In this document: piece after piece, positions 36,495-49,133 of the stretch
Position numbering within the stretch: position 1 is the stretch's first letter
Layout: every line of letters starts with the position of its first letter
From: an uncultured Phycisphaerales bacterium
GTDB taxonomy: Bacteria > Planctomycetota > Phycisphaerae > Sedimentisphaerales > Anaerobacaceae
Length of the DNA stretch: 64,000 nucleotides
Assembly: GCA_963718665.1 (NCBI GenBank)
Contig: OY970359.1
Location: forward strand, 1,344,001-1,408,000
Direction: 5' to 3'
The notes under the pieces: generated by a model
Seen by the model: only the letters and a program-made list of their open reading frames with translations
Databases searched by the model: none
What the model was told of the DNA's origin: nothing
Made by a program: the position numbers and the translations under genes

Positions 36495-38915
36495 CTATTC
36501 TTCCTCTTTATCGACGGCGGCGTAGCCCTGCTGGCCCTCGCTAACATAGGCCGAATCGCTGCTCTTCTGCCCGCCCGCTTCCGAGACCCTCTGTTTTTCC
36601 AGCTCGTCTCGCAACTGCTCCCAGTCCTCGACGCCCATCATCACCTCGCGTGCCTGGCTACCCTTGTATTCGCCAAGTATGCCCAGCGCCGCCATTTGCT
36701 CAATCATACGCGACGCACGGGCATAGCCAACGCCTAAGCGACGCTGCAACAGCGATACGCTGCCTCGCTTGCTGTCCAGAACAGTCCGCACGGCATCGTC
36801 AAACAGCTCGTCTTCTATCATTTCGGTTGTGTCCGCCTGGCCAAGCTGCGTAAGCTCGGGATGGAACTGCGGCTCGGCGACTTCCTTGAGGTGCTTGACT
36901 ATCCGCCGAACCTCGTCGTCGCTGACAAATGTACCCTGGGCGCGAATCAGGTCGCTTGTCCCCGGCTTCAAAAACAGCATATCGCCCTGACCCAGCAGCG
37001 TTTCCGCGCCGTTCTGGTCGAGGATAATACGGCTGTCCATTCGGGCGGCAACTCTGAAACCGATACGCGTAGGCATATTCGCCTTAATCAGGCCCGTAAC
37101 AACCGTCGCCTGCGGTCTCTGCGTCGCGAGCACAATGTGAATCCCGACCGCCCGGCTTTTCTGCGCCAGCCGAACTATATGCGCCTCGATTTCCTTGGCC
37201 GCGGTCATCATCAGGTCCGCAAGCTCATCGATAACTATCACAACATAAGGCAGCTTCTTGGGAATCTTGGCCTCTTCCTCGGGGCTTGTCGGCTCAAATC
37301 GCCTTATGACTTCCTCGGTCCCAAGGGCATTGTATTCGCTGATATTCTTGACGCGGGCCTCAGCAAGAAGGGCATATCGCTCGTCCATCTTGATTGTCGC
37401 CCATTCCAGAATCTGAACCGCACGCCTGGTCTCCGTAACAATCGGCGTCATCAAATGCGGTATGGTATTGAACGCCGTCATCTCGACCATTTTCGGGTCG
37501 ATAAGAATCATCTTAACATCGTCGGGCCTGCGAGTCAGCAAAATACCAGCGATAATAGTATTGATACACACGCTTTTGCCCGACCCGGTAGTGCCCGCGA
37601 TAAGCAGATGAGGCATACTCGTCAGATCCGAAACCAGCGCCTCGCCCGACGAATCCTTGCCCAAAAACAACGGTATCGCCATACTTTCGGGCTTGTTTCC
37701 CGCCAGCCGGAGCAGGTCTTTTATGCGCACTTTCTCTTTTTCACTGTTGGGAACCTCGACGCCGATTGTGTGCTTGCCCGGCAGGGGAGCGACTATGCGA
37801 ACCGCGCCTACGCCCAGCGCACGGGCAATATCATTTGAAAGCGAACTAATCTGGCTGACCTTTACGCCCGCCGCAAGCTGCAATTCGAACATCGTAACGA
37901 CGGGCCCGGTCTCAGCCGCCACAACCCTCGCCGAGACATCGAATTCATTAAGCAGGCCCTCCAGCGCGACCGCCTTGGCCTTGACGACCTTTTCCTGAAT
38001 CGACGTGAAGTTATGCTCCGGCTCATCGAGCAGGTCCATACCAGGCATCGTGTAATCGGCATAACTTGGCGGCTCGTATGGCTCCGTGGTTTTTTTAGTA
38101 GTAACCGGCTGCAATCGCATCTGGGCGCCCGCGGGAGCCGGCGCGCTTTCGATTACCGGCGTGCCGTGAAGGGCGGATTCAACGTCGGTGTCCCTGTCAG
38201 GCAGCTCGTGTGCATTCTTATCTGCCGCTGCCGATAACGATGGGCGCAACAGCATCTCCTGCTTTTTATCTTCCGTCTTCTGCTTCAAGCTCAGCCGACG
38301 CCATATCTGACCGAGAACCCTCGATTGCTCCGACCCCGTCAGCCACTTCGGCGCGGCAAAACCCAGCATCTTGCGAACCACAAACCCAAGCGCACCAAAA
38401 AATACCGCCACAACCTGGTCGGCCAGCAGCATCATCCCGACAACCCACAGGGTGCCAAGAAGTATAGCCGTGCCAAGTGTGGCAAAATGACTCCGCAAAA
38501 ACTCCGCCGCGGCAACCCCCAGCACTCCGCCCGAACCGGTCGGGAAACCGTAAATGCCGTGCTGCGTAAAGCAATAAAACGTCGTCGAGGCCGCAGTCGT
38601 TACAAGCACAAGGCCCACGCCTCGCAAAACCGGCTGGTCGATTTCGACCTCGGCAACCTCGGCAATGGCAAAGTAAAGGGCGGCTGCCAGCACAATAAAT
38701 ATGCCGGGGCCGATGTAATACAGCAAATAATACGCGAATAGCGCCCCCGCAGGGCCGCACCAGTTGGCCGCCGGCTTGTTATTCGGATATACAAATTTGC
38801 TGGGCCAGTCGCCTATATTAAAACTCAGACAACTGCAAAAAAGTACCAAAAGACCCGCAACTAAAAGGCATTGCAGGGCCTTTACCTTCATCCTCTTGTC
38901 TTTCACCCGGCTCAT
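36495..38915 (-). CDS. ftsK: DNA translocase FtsK
   Basis: N-terminal 4TM domain (NWCG..GA), PHLLIAGTTGSGKSV, IDPKMVE, IDELADLMM, LATQRP, gamma domain LLQRRLGVGYARASR. Confidence 0.95.
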   Translation of the reverse strand: MSRVKDKRMKVKALQCLLVAGLLVLFCSCLSFNIGDWPSKFVYPNNKPAANWCGPAGALFAYYLLYYIGPGIFIVLAAALYFAIAEVAEVEIDQPVLRGVGLVLVTTAASTTFYCFTQHGIYGFPTGSGGVLGVAAAEFLRSHFATLGTAILLGTLWVVGMMLLADQVVAVFFGALGFVVRKMLGFAAPKWLTGSEQSRVLGQIWRRLSLKQKTEDKKQEMLLRPSLSAAADKNAHELPDRDTDVESALHGTPVIESAPAPAGAQMRLQPVTTKKTTEPYEPPSYADYTMPGMDLLDEPEHNFTSIQEKVVKAKAVALEGLLNEFDVSARVVAAETGPVVTMFELQLAAGVKVSQISSLSNDIARALGVGAVRIVAPLPGKHTIGVEVPNSEKEKVRIKDLLRLAGNKPESMAIPLFLGKDSSGEALVSDLTSMPHLLIAGTTGSGKSVCINTIIAGILLTRRPDDVKMILIDPKMVEMTAFNTIPHLMTPIVTETRRAVQILEWATIKMDERYALLAEARVKNISEYNALGTEEVIRRFEPTSPEEEAKIPKKLPYVVIVIDELADLMMTAAKEIEAHIVRLAQKSRAVGIHIVLATQRPQATVVTGLIKANMPTRIGFRVAARMDSRIILDQNGAETLLGQGDMLFLKPGTSDLIRAQGTFVSDDEVRRIVKHLKEVAEPQFHPELTQLGQADTTEMIEDELFDDAVRTVLDSKRGSVSLLQRRLGVGYARASRMIEQMAALGILGEYKGSQAREVMMGVEDWEQLRDELEKQRVSEAGGQKSSDSAYVSEGQQGYAAVDKEEE

Positions 38916-39025
38916 ATATAATAGCGTCCGATAATAAATAACGTCCGTGAAAACAACTGCCACCTACACTGTAACACAGCTATTGATTTATCGGCAAGAA
39001 CCCTGATTTTCTGTTGATTATCAAT

Positions 39026-39062
39026 AAAAAAAGCCCCGCAGCAAATCCGTTCACCGCAGGGC
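39026..39062 (-). terminator. Rho-independent terminator after the TPR lipoprotein gene
   Basis: Minus strand gccctgcggtgaa-cgga-tttgctgcggggc followed by ttttttt. Confidence 0.65.
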
Positions 39063-39089
39063 ATAAAGACCTGTTTATTTTAACCTTTT

Positions 39090-39779
39090 TTATTTGGGCG
39101 GAGCGGGCTGAGTAACCGTCGTCGCGGGCGGCTTTGGCGGCGGCGCCGCCTCGGGAATCCGGACCGCTACTCCCAGCCGACCAAGCTCGCCGGCAACATC
39201 CGCCTGATTGGAGTTTAGCTGGAAGCTGCGAATAAAGTAATCCTTGGCCATGTCCTTTTTGTCCTTGTGCAGGTAGTAATAGCCAAGCTGCCGATTTACC
39301 GGCGCCGAATCGGGCGTCGCCTGGAGGGCGCTGGTGTAGCACTTCAGGGCATAATCATCAAGCCCCTGTTTCTCGAAGGCCGCACCCAGCGATAAAACCT
39401 GTTCCGGCATTGAGACCACCTGTGTCATATAATTGTTTGCAACCCAGTCGGCCTTTGTCTTGTCGCCTTTATCAAGCTGGAGCTTCACCATCGCGGCCTG
39501 AACTTCGCGATACGCGGCGTTAAAACCCAGCGCGAGATTATAATGCCACTCCGCCTTCGACCAGTCGCCTTGAGCGTGGTACAACTGGCCAAGCTCGTAA
39601 TGGGCCGTAGGATTTTCCCATTTCTGGTCCAGCTCCTTCTTCAGCTCCATCATCCGTATATCGGAAGCCATCCTGGCATTCTGGTCCACCCGGACCGTGC
39701 TGCCGTTTTTCTGGCAACCGGCAACAACCAATGCGCAGAGCGTAATCTCAAAAATCATTATTCGCACTTTAGCGTTCAT
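39090..39779 (-). CDS. TPR-repeat lipoprotein
   Basis: GGAGG RBS, lipobox VAGC, AHYELGQLY and LGYYYL TPR units, Pro-rich tail. Confidence 0.8.
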   Translation of the reverse strand: MNAKVRIMIFEITLCALVVAGCQKNGSTVRVDQNARMASDIRMMELKKELDQKWENPTAHYELGQLYHAQGDWSKAEWHYNLALGFNAAYREVQAAMVKLQLDKGDKTKADWVANNYMTQVVSMPEQVLSLGAAFEKQGLDDYALKCYTSALQATPDSAPVNRQLGYYYLHKDKKDMAKDYFIRSFQLNSNQADVAGELGRLGVAVRIPEAAPPPKPPATTVTQPAPPK

Positions 39780-39949
39780 TTTTTCGCCTCCATGACTTTT
39801 ATCTCTATGCCAAACACCCGACGCTCGACGCTCGACACTCACGAATTGAGCATTAAACGTCAATGGTATTTTGTGCAACTGTGTGTTGCTTTGCAAGAGA
39901 AAATTCTACTCGGAATGCTAAATTTTTTTCTCGTCCCCGCCAGGCAAAA

Positions 39950-42744
<2,795 letters not shown>

Positions 42745-42765
42745 TCGACAATCCCTTGTGAAGGC

Positions 42766-43872
42766 CTACGAAAGATTTATCGGCATCAGGACGTGCAGGA
42801 AATTAGCCCCTGCCTTAATAAGCCCCGGTGTGTCCGGCTGACCCAGCTCAAGCTCGAACTGCGGCTCTTTAATGACACGAATGGCCTCGGCCAAAAACTG
42901 GGGATTAAACCCGATTTCTATCGGCTCGCCCTTATAATCAACTACAACTTCTATTTCGGCGTCGCCCGTTTCCGGCGATTTGCCGGAGAATACCAGCTTA
43001 TCCCTGCTGACGGCTACTTTTATGCCCCTGGATTCCTCGCTGGTTAATAACGCCGCTCTTCTTACCGCGCTGAGCGCAACATCGGTTTGCAGTGTTATTT
43101 TCTTCTGGTAGTCGGCGGGAATAATATCCTCGTATTTCGGGAAATTGCCCTCGACAAGATTTGAACACACAACGACGTTCCCGCAGGCGAACATTATCTG
43201 GTTGTCAACCAATTTGACGGCAACCTTGTCTTTTTCACCCCCAGCGAGTTTTTCCAGTAATGACATTGTCTTGCCCGGCACGATTGGTTTTGCCGCTAGG
43301 ACCTTGTCGCTGGGGTTCGAGGCGAGATTAACCCTACTGCGCGCCAGCCGGCGGCCGTCGGTCGCGACCAAGGTCAATTTCTTTCCTTTCATTTCCCACA
43401 GCACGCCGTTGATTGCGTAGCGGGTGCTCTCTTTGGCGGTCGCAAAAAGGCATTGTGAAATACCAACTCGCAAGGCATCGAGGGACACTTCAGCGTCCGG
43501 CTCGCCCTTAAACGCCGGAACAGGCGGATATTGTGACGCCTCCTGACCGTAAATTGAGAAATGGCTGTCTGCCCCGCGAATCTCACAAAGACCTTCGGCG
43601 GATTTGAGCATCAGTGTTTCGTCGGTGCTCTCGCGCACTACCGCGGCAAGACGCGCGGCGGGTACAACAACCTGCCCCGGCTCCTTAACGTCAACCGCGG
43701 GCAGAAGGTAGTTGATTCCTACTTCCAAATCCGTGCCAAATATCCTTACGCCGTCTTTTGCAGCATCTATTTTGACGCAACGCAGAATCGGTTTTGGTGT
43801 CCGATCCGGAACAATTGTTGTCAGCAACGCGAGCGCCTGGCTCAATCCTTCTCTGTTAAATTGCACTTTCAT
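42766..43872 (-). CDS. dnaN: DNA polymerase III beta clamp
   Basis: PKPIL, GTDLEV, RYAINGV, LVATDGRRLA, LVEGNFPKY, IGFNP, VLMP. Confidence 0.96.
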   Translation of the reverse strand: MKVQFNREGLSQALALLTTIVPDRTPKPILRCVKIDAAKDGVRIFGTDLEVGINYLLPAVDVKEPGQVVVPAARLAAVVRESTDETLMLKSAEGLCEIRGADSHFSIYGQEASQYPPVPAFKGEPDAEVSLDALRVGISQCLFATAKESTRYAINGVLWEMKGKKLTLVATDGRRLARSRVNLASNPSDKVLAAKPIVPGKTMSLLEKLAGGEKDKVAVKLVDNQIMFACGNVVVCSNLVEGNFPKYEDIIPADYQKKITLQTDVALSAVRRAALLTSEESRGIKVAVSRDKLVFSGKSPETGDAEIEVVVDYKGEPIEIGFNPQFLAEAIRVIKEPQFELELGQPDTPGLIKAGANFLHVLMPINLS

Positions 43873-44220
43873 TTGAGTGCCCCTCTTTAAACTTGTTAAT
43901 CAATCCTTAATAGTTTTTAGTGATATTAGAGAATACAGGAAACGCTGTGGTTTCTCAATAAGTTTTAATGCGGAATTTATTCTATTTTTCTGAGTGTGTC
44001 TGTGTGGGGAAGCGTTTGTTATAGTTTTAATATAAGAAATCTTTTTAGTAGTAGAACTCATAAGGATGGTGAAATTGTCGGCCTTATTTGGCTGTGGTCA
44101 CGTTACCTGTTGTCTGGCCGGTAGATATGTGCTGGCAATGCCCTTCAGCGTGCGGTGGATAACCTATTACTTTTTGACCAGTCATTGCTCAGTTGTCCAC
44201 AGGCGTTGACTTGCGATGGC
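43873..44220. other. Probable chromosomal replication origin (oriC)
   Basis: AT-rich intergenic region upstream of dnaN; DnaA-box-like 9-mers ggtggataa (44154-44162), ttgtccaca (44193-44201), tgtggggaa (44003-44011); TAGTAGTAG trio-like run (44046-44054); gene orientation diverges around it. Confidence 0.6.
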
Positions 44221-45249
44221 TCACGGCTTCTGCGTATTGTTATTTATTTTGACCATTCTGTGGGTGATTTCGGCGACATTTTTACGCAGGACCACCGGCG
44301 ACAACACCTCAACTTGGTCACCGTAGCCGAGTATCCACCAGGTTATTTCGCCCAGACCATCAACGCGGAAATCGACGGTTGCTGAGCCGTCCGGGTTGTG
44401 CGTAACCTGCTGGCTTTTATGCCAATTCACCTCGGCGACATTGCTGGCGACCTTCGGGGCGAATTGCAGCCGCACATGGTACATTTTGCCTTCGGGTATC
44501 ATTGACCAGGCGCAACCGAGGTATTCGGCGAGGTCGAAACCGTCGTTGCCGCCAAACTGTTCATCAAGCATCTCGGTGCTGCGTATGCGGTTAAGTTTAA
44601 ATGTGTGTATGGCCTTATGAATCGACGACTGGCCCACGATATACCAAGCCCGCTCGTTATAGAGTAAATGATATGGCGATACCTCGCAGGAAATTATTTT
44701 GCCGTCGCAGAGGGAATCATATTTGACGCGCACCTTTTTTCGCTGTGCCGCTGCAGATTGCAGAATGGTAAATATATTATCTAATCCCGGCGTTGTTGGT
44801 GCAGGTGCCTGTGCGCTGGCTTTTATCGAGATTCGTGCAAGCGCGCTTTCGCAATAATTTCGCACCCGCGGGGGCAGGCAGCTTTCAATTTTCATCACCG
44901 CCAGCAGCGCAGAATGTTTGAATGGCATTTGAATCTGGTTACGCATTTTATGAACCAGCAGAAGCAATCCGAGCGCCTCCTGCAGGTTAAGATTTATGAG
45001 GGGCAAAAACTGCTCAGGCGGCAGGGCGTAGCCGCGACGAGAACATGAAAGGGTCGGCTGGATACCAATCCCCTGGATTTCCTTGAGGTCGCGGAAAAGC
45101 GTGCGTCTGCTTACGCCAAACAGTTTAGCCAGTTCGTCGGCGGTATAACCCTTGCCCGGTGACGTACCCGTTTTTGACAGCGTCGTCAAAAGCTGAACGA
45201 CCCTGCCTACCCTGCCCCGCGATTTTTCTTTGGGTGTGCCCGATTTCAT
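44221..45249 (-). CDS. HTH-WYL-WCX transcriptional regulator (PafC/YafY family)
   Basis: ELAKLFGVSRRTLFRDL HTH; VSPYHLLYNERAWYIVG...TFKLNRI WYL; WILGYGDQVEVLSP..LR WCX. Confidence 0.92.
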   Translation of the reverse strand: MKSGTPKEKSRGRVGRVVQLLTTLSKTGTSPGKGYTADELAKLFGVSRRTLFRDLKEIQGIGIQPTLSCSRRGYALPPEQFLPLINLNLQEALGLLLLVHKMRNQIQMPFKHSALLAVMKIESCLPPRVRNYCESALARISIKASAQAPAPTTPGLDNIFTILQSAAAQRKKVRVKYDSLCDGKIISCEVSPYHLLYNERAWYIVGQSSIHKAIHTFKLNRIRSTEMLDEQFGGNDGFDLAEYLGCAWSMIPEGKMYHVRLQFAPKVASNVAEVNWHKSQQVTHNPDGSATVDFRVDGLGEITWWILGYGDQVEVLSPVVLRKNVAEITHRMVKINNNTQKP

Positions 45250-45381
45250 AGTTCTTCTCTCAATTACCCAAATAAAACGACCACAGGGCCAATATACTTG
45301 TTTGGCCCTATAATCGTCAAGGTTTATATCAAAAAACGCCTCATAAGTCGCCCGTTTTACGTTATCTTGCCTATTTTGCCA

Positions 45382-45411
45382 TTGACAAAATGGCTTGTTG
45401 AATGATATAAT
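45382..45411 (+). promoter_or_regulatory. Sigma70 promoter (TTGACA-N18-TATAAT, with TG extended -10)
   Basis: Perfect -35 at 45382-45387 and -10 at 45406-45411 upstream of the lipoprotein-cdaA cluster. Confidence 0.75.
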
Positions 45412-45483
45412 GAACGTGAATCAGTAAACATTCTGGAATGGTCTCCCTTGGGGGGCTTGCCGGGTGGCAACGGAGAATATATA

Positions 45484-45708
45484 ATGAAAAACAGAATTGT
45501 TGTGAGTTTGCTTGGTGTTGCGCTTTTGACGCTGGCAACGATGTCAATGGGCTGTGGCCTCTTCGACCAGCAGGGCAAAACCGCTGATGAAGTCAACAGG
45601 GACCACATGCGTATGTTGCGAGTCAACCACGAACAAATGATGGAAGATATTGACCGAGCGCTCCTTCTGGATAAGCCCAGCACGCTCACAGAGAAACAGT
45701 TGCCGTAA
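45484..45708 (+). CDS. Small lipoprotein, unknown function
   Basis: GGAG RBS, signal peptide ending SMGC, C-terminal D.D..LLLDKPS.L. Confidence 0.75.
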   Translation: MKNRIVVSLLGVALLTLATMSMGCGLFDQQGKTADEVNRDHMRMLRVNHEQMMEDIDRALLLDKPSTLTEKQLP

Positions 45709-45771
45709 GCAAGGAACAAACACAGCGCAGGCGCTTAATGCCCTGTGCGCTTTGCAGGGAGTTCTGAAGGG

Positions 45772-46590
45772 ATGCAGACCCTCATCGATTATTTCAGGCG
45801 AGTCGCCAATTACGACTGGTGGGTCGTCTGCATCGAATTATTTCTCATAGGCCTGGTTGTTTACTGGGCGGTAGATTTTCTTGAAGGCACTCGCGGTGAG
45901 CGGCTTTTCCGCGGCGTCATATATGTCCTTATCGCGGGCGTTCTAATCCTCCATCTGATTTCAGCGCACTACCGGTTCGAGCGGCTCGAATATCTCTACA
46001 AAGGTTTTTTGGTTGCCGTTCTCGTCATCGCGGTCGCGGCATTTCAACCTGAGCTGCGACGCGCCCTTATGCGATTAGGGCAATCTGCCGGCGGCGGGTT
46101 TCTTATCGGCTCATCGCGACAGGTCGTCCGGACTGTCGAGGAAATCGTCAGCGCCGTTACCGAGTTGGCCGCGTCCAAAACAGGCGCAATCATCGTTATC
46201 GAGAGACGCGTCGCGCTCGGCGAGTTTATCGAAACGGGCGTCCGTCTGGAGGCCAACGTTACCGCCGAACTGCTCAAAACCATTTTTTATCCCGGTACCA
46301 TCCTGCATGATATGGCGGTCGTTATACGGGGCGACAAGGCAATCGCTGCGGGCGTGCAGCTGCCTTTGGCGGAGCCCGGCACGGTCAATGGCTTTGAGCT
46401 TGGGTCAAGGCATCGGGCCGCAATAGGCATAACCGCCGGCTCAGACGCCCTGTGCATAGTTGTAAGCGAAGAAACAGGAATTATCTCTCTGGCCAGCGAC
46501 GGCAAGCTCGTCCGCAAACTCACCGCTGATGAGCTTCGCGACGCACTAACCGGCGCAATAAGCTCACAGGCGACAAAAGTAAAATCCTGA
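45772..46590 (+). CDS. cdaA: Diadenylate cyclase (CdaA/DacA type) with variant motifs
   Basis: 3 TMs, FQPELRRALMRLG, TGAIIVIER, LHDMAV (canonical LHDGAV), LGSRHRAAIG, VVSEETG. Confidence 0.88.
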   Translation: MQTLIDYFRRVANYDWWVVCIELFLIGLVVYWAVDFLEGTRGERLFRGVIYVLIAGVLILHLISAHYRFERLEYLYKGFLVAVLVIAVAAFQPELRRALMRLGQSAGGGFLIGSSRQVVRTVEEIVSAVTELAASKTGAIIVIERRVALGEFIETGVRLEANVTAELLKTIFYPGTILHDMAVVIRGDKAIAAGVQLPLAEPGTVNGFELGSRHRAAIGITAGSDALCIVVSEETGIISLASDGKLVRKLTADELRDALTGAISSQATKVKS

Positions 46591-46601
46591 ACAGGTGAGG
46601 G

Positions 46602-47712
46602 TTGTCTGGTTATACAATGACTATAAAACGGCGAAGATTGAGAAAAATAGTGGCTACGGTGGTTTTCACCACGCTGATATGGGTCTTCGCGGACCTTGCG
46701 CTGGATGAGGAGCTTACCATTTCAAATCTCAAGCTCAGCGTTGCCAAGTCCGTAGACCCGGCGCTCTGGGTTACGTTCTCCGGCCAGTCATCCGTGCCGC
46801 TGGAAAAGGTTGTCCTGAAGGGTTCCGCGCAAGATAGCCGAGGCGCGACAGAGTATTAACGCCGGGCGATTTACACGCGAGTTTTACTTCGACCCGGAAC
46901 ACGAAAAAATGACAACCCCCGGCGACCACCTGCTTAATGTGGCGGAATTTCTCAAAGGAACAGACAGTATCCGGCAGCTCGGGCTTACCATTACCTCCGC
47001 CGACCCGAATACGCTGATGGTCAGTATTGTTGAACTGCAGAAAAAACAGGTTGTAGTCCGCTGCCTTGATGACAACCTGAATCCGCTCAAGGTCGTCAGT
47101 GTCGAGCCGGCACAGGTCGAGGCCTATGTGCCTGCCGAACGCGCAGGGGCGGCGCTTGAGGCAAAGGTATCGCTCAACAAAAGGGAAATCGAGCAGGCGA
47201 GGCTCGCCCCGATAGAGAAAACACCCATAGTTGAGCTTTCGCCCGGACAAACGAGGGAAGCTGCGTCGAGCGTCAAAATTACCCTGCCCAAAGAGCAGGA
47301 ACGCCTCCAGGAATACCTCGTTACCAGTGTCCGTCTCGGCGTATCGCTGAGCGTAAATCTCGAAGGCAAATACAAAGTCGAGCTTATCAATCCCGATGCG
47401 GTTATGGGTTCCGTTGCAATCAGGGCGACGCCTGAGGCCAAGCGGGCATACGAAAATATGCGGTACCACGTCATTCTTGAAATAGACGACAGCGACAAGG
47501 ACAACCGGCCCGACAAATCATCGCCGGCCGCTGGCGAGCCCGCCCTGGAAATCCGCAGAGACCTTGTCTATAACTTCCCGCCGGAATTTCTCCGCAAAGA
47601 CGAAATAGCTCTCAACCAGTCGCCGGTGCAGGCGAGATTCCGCCTTGTGCCGATTGCCGCCGGGACAACCACAGGCGCACCAGCGCCGATTACCCAGCCG
47701 GCACAGAATTGA
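46602..47712 (+). pseudogene. CdaR/YbbR-like membrane-anchored protein split by a frameshift near 46830 (ORFs 46602..46859 + 46909..47712)
   Basis: N-terminal TM (T.LIWVFAD) directly after cdaA; the second frame is already open from about 46831 (KIAEARQSINAGRF...EKM); may be a sequencing error. Confidence 0.6.
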
Positions 47713-47806
47713 TTTCCTGCCGCCTGATAAGCGGGAAAATCACTTCTATATTTGACCATACGCGGTTATCATTTAGCCCCAACAGGTTTTTTGGAGAGCC
47801 GTAACG

Positions 47807-49074
47807 ATGCGTAAAATCCGGGGTCTGCGATGGTACATAGCTATAATGCTGATGCTGGTTACGACCATCAATTATTTTGACCGCACGAGTTTGGGTGTTG
47901 TTTTTCCGATTTTTAAGGACCAGCTTCATATCGATAAACAGCATTTCTCATACATCATACTATCTTTCCAGTTCGCCTATTTTGTTATGCTGCCGCTTTC
48001 AGGTCGTTTCCTGGACTGGGTGGGGATAAAACTTGGATTCTCAATAGCTGTAACATTCTGGTCTATAGCCAAGATGCTTCACGCGCTGGCAAGGGGGGTT
48101 TTTTCGTTCAGTATTGTTCGCGTGCTGTTGGGAGTCGGCGAGGCGGCGAATTTTCCCGGTATAGCCAAGGTCGCGTCGGAATGGTTCCACGCTAAAGAAC
48201 GCACAATGGCAACCGGCATTGCCAATATGGGCGCAGGACTGGGAGCGCTTTTGCGCCGCCGATAATGATATGGCTTTCACTGGAGTTTGGCTGGCAGCAG
48301 GCATTTGTCATAACCGGTGTTATCGGCTGTTTCTGGGTTGTGCCCTGGCTGCTTTTTTATAAGCCGCCCGAACAAAATCCGATGATAACACCTGAAGAGT
48401 TGAAGTATATAACTGAGGGCCGCAAAGAGCTGCAGGCGGAGGAAAAAAACGCCGGCCCCCAAAAGAATGTCTGGAAACTGATTATGGGTCAGCGTAATTT
48501 CTGGGGCATTGCCCTGGCAAGATTTCTTTCTGAGCCGTCATGGGCATTTTTTTCTTATTGGATACCAATCTACTTTACAGAGCGAGGCGTGAATCTCAAG
48601 GATTTTGCTCTTTTCGGGTGGCTGCCGTTTCTCGCTGCCGACGTGGGCAGTTTTGTGGGAGGGGTTTTGTCGCCGTTTTACCATAAGCTCGGCTTTAAGG
48701 TGCTGACCTCCCGCAAGTTATCTATGACCACCGCCGCCTGTATGATGCCCTTCGCGTTCTTCATTACCAAGGCGCCGGTTGGCTGGGCTATACTATGGTT
48801 CTGCGTTGCCGCCTTTGGTCATCAATGTATATCAGCCACGCTGATGACGCTGCCCGCGGATTTGTTCCCGAAACGCACCGTCGGCACAGCCAACGGCCTG
48901 TCGGGCAGCGCCGCGCTTGCGGGGGCAATGTTGTTTACCTTCGCAGTCGGCTGGCTCGTAACGCATGTTGGTTACGCCCCGGTGTTTGTTACAATCGCGT
49001 TTCTCGATTTGATAGGCGCAGTGCTTCTCTGGACTCTCATACGCGAGCCGAAAGCAGAAACGTCTTCGATATAA
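47807..49074 (+). pseudogene. MFS transporter (ExuT/ACS family) with a 1-nt frameshift at about 48253
   Basis: RWYI...TINYFDR, GEAANFP...EWF..KER..ATGI; ttgcgccgccgataatg restores L-A-P-P-I-M if one G is added; both halves are otherwise intact. Confidence 0.75.
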
Positions 49075-49087
49075 CAGCGCAGGTCGG

Positions 49088-49116
49088 TTGACTTTTCTGT
49101 CTTTTTGCGGCATAAT
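49088..49116 (+). promoter_or_regulatory. Sigma70 promoter for cstA (TTGACT-N17-CATAAT)
   Basis: -35 at 49088-49093, -10 at 49111-49116. Confidence 0.6.
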
Positions 49117-49133
49117 TAGTCGTAGATAAAGCT

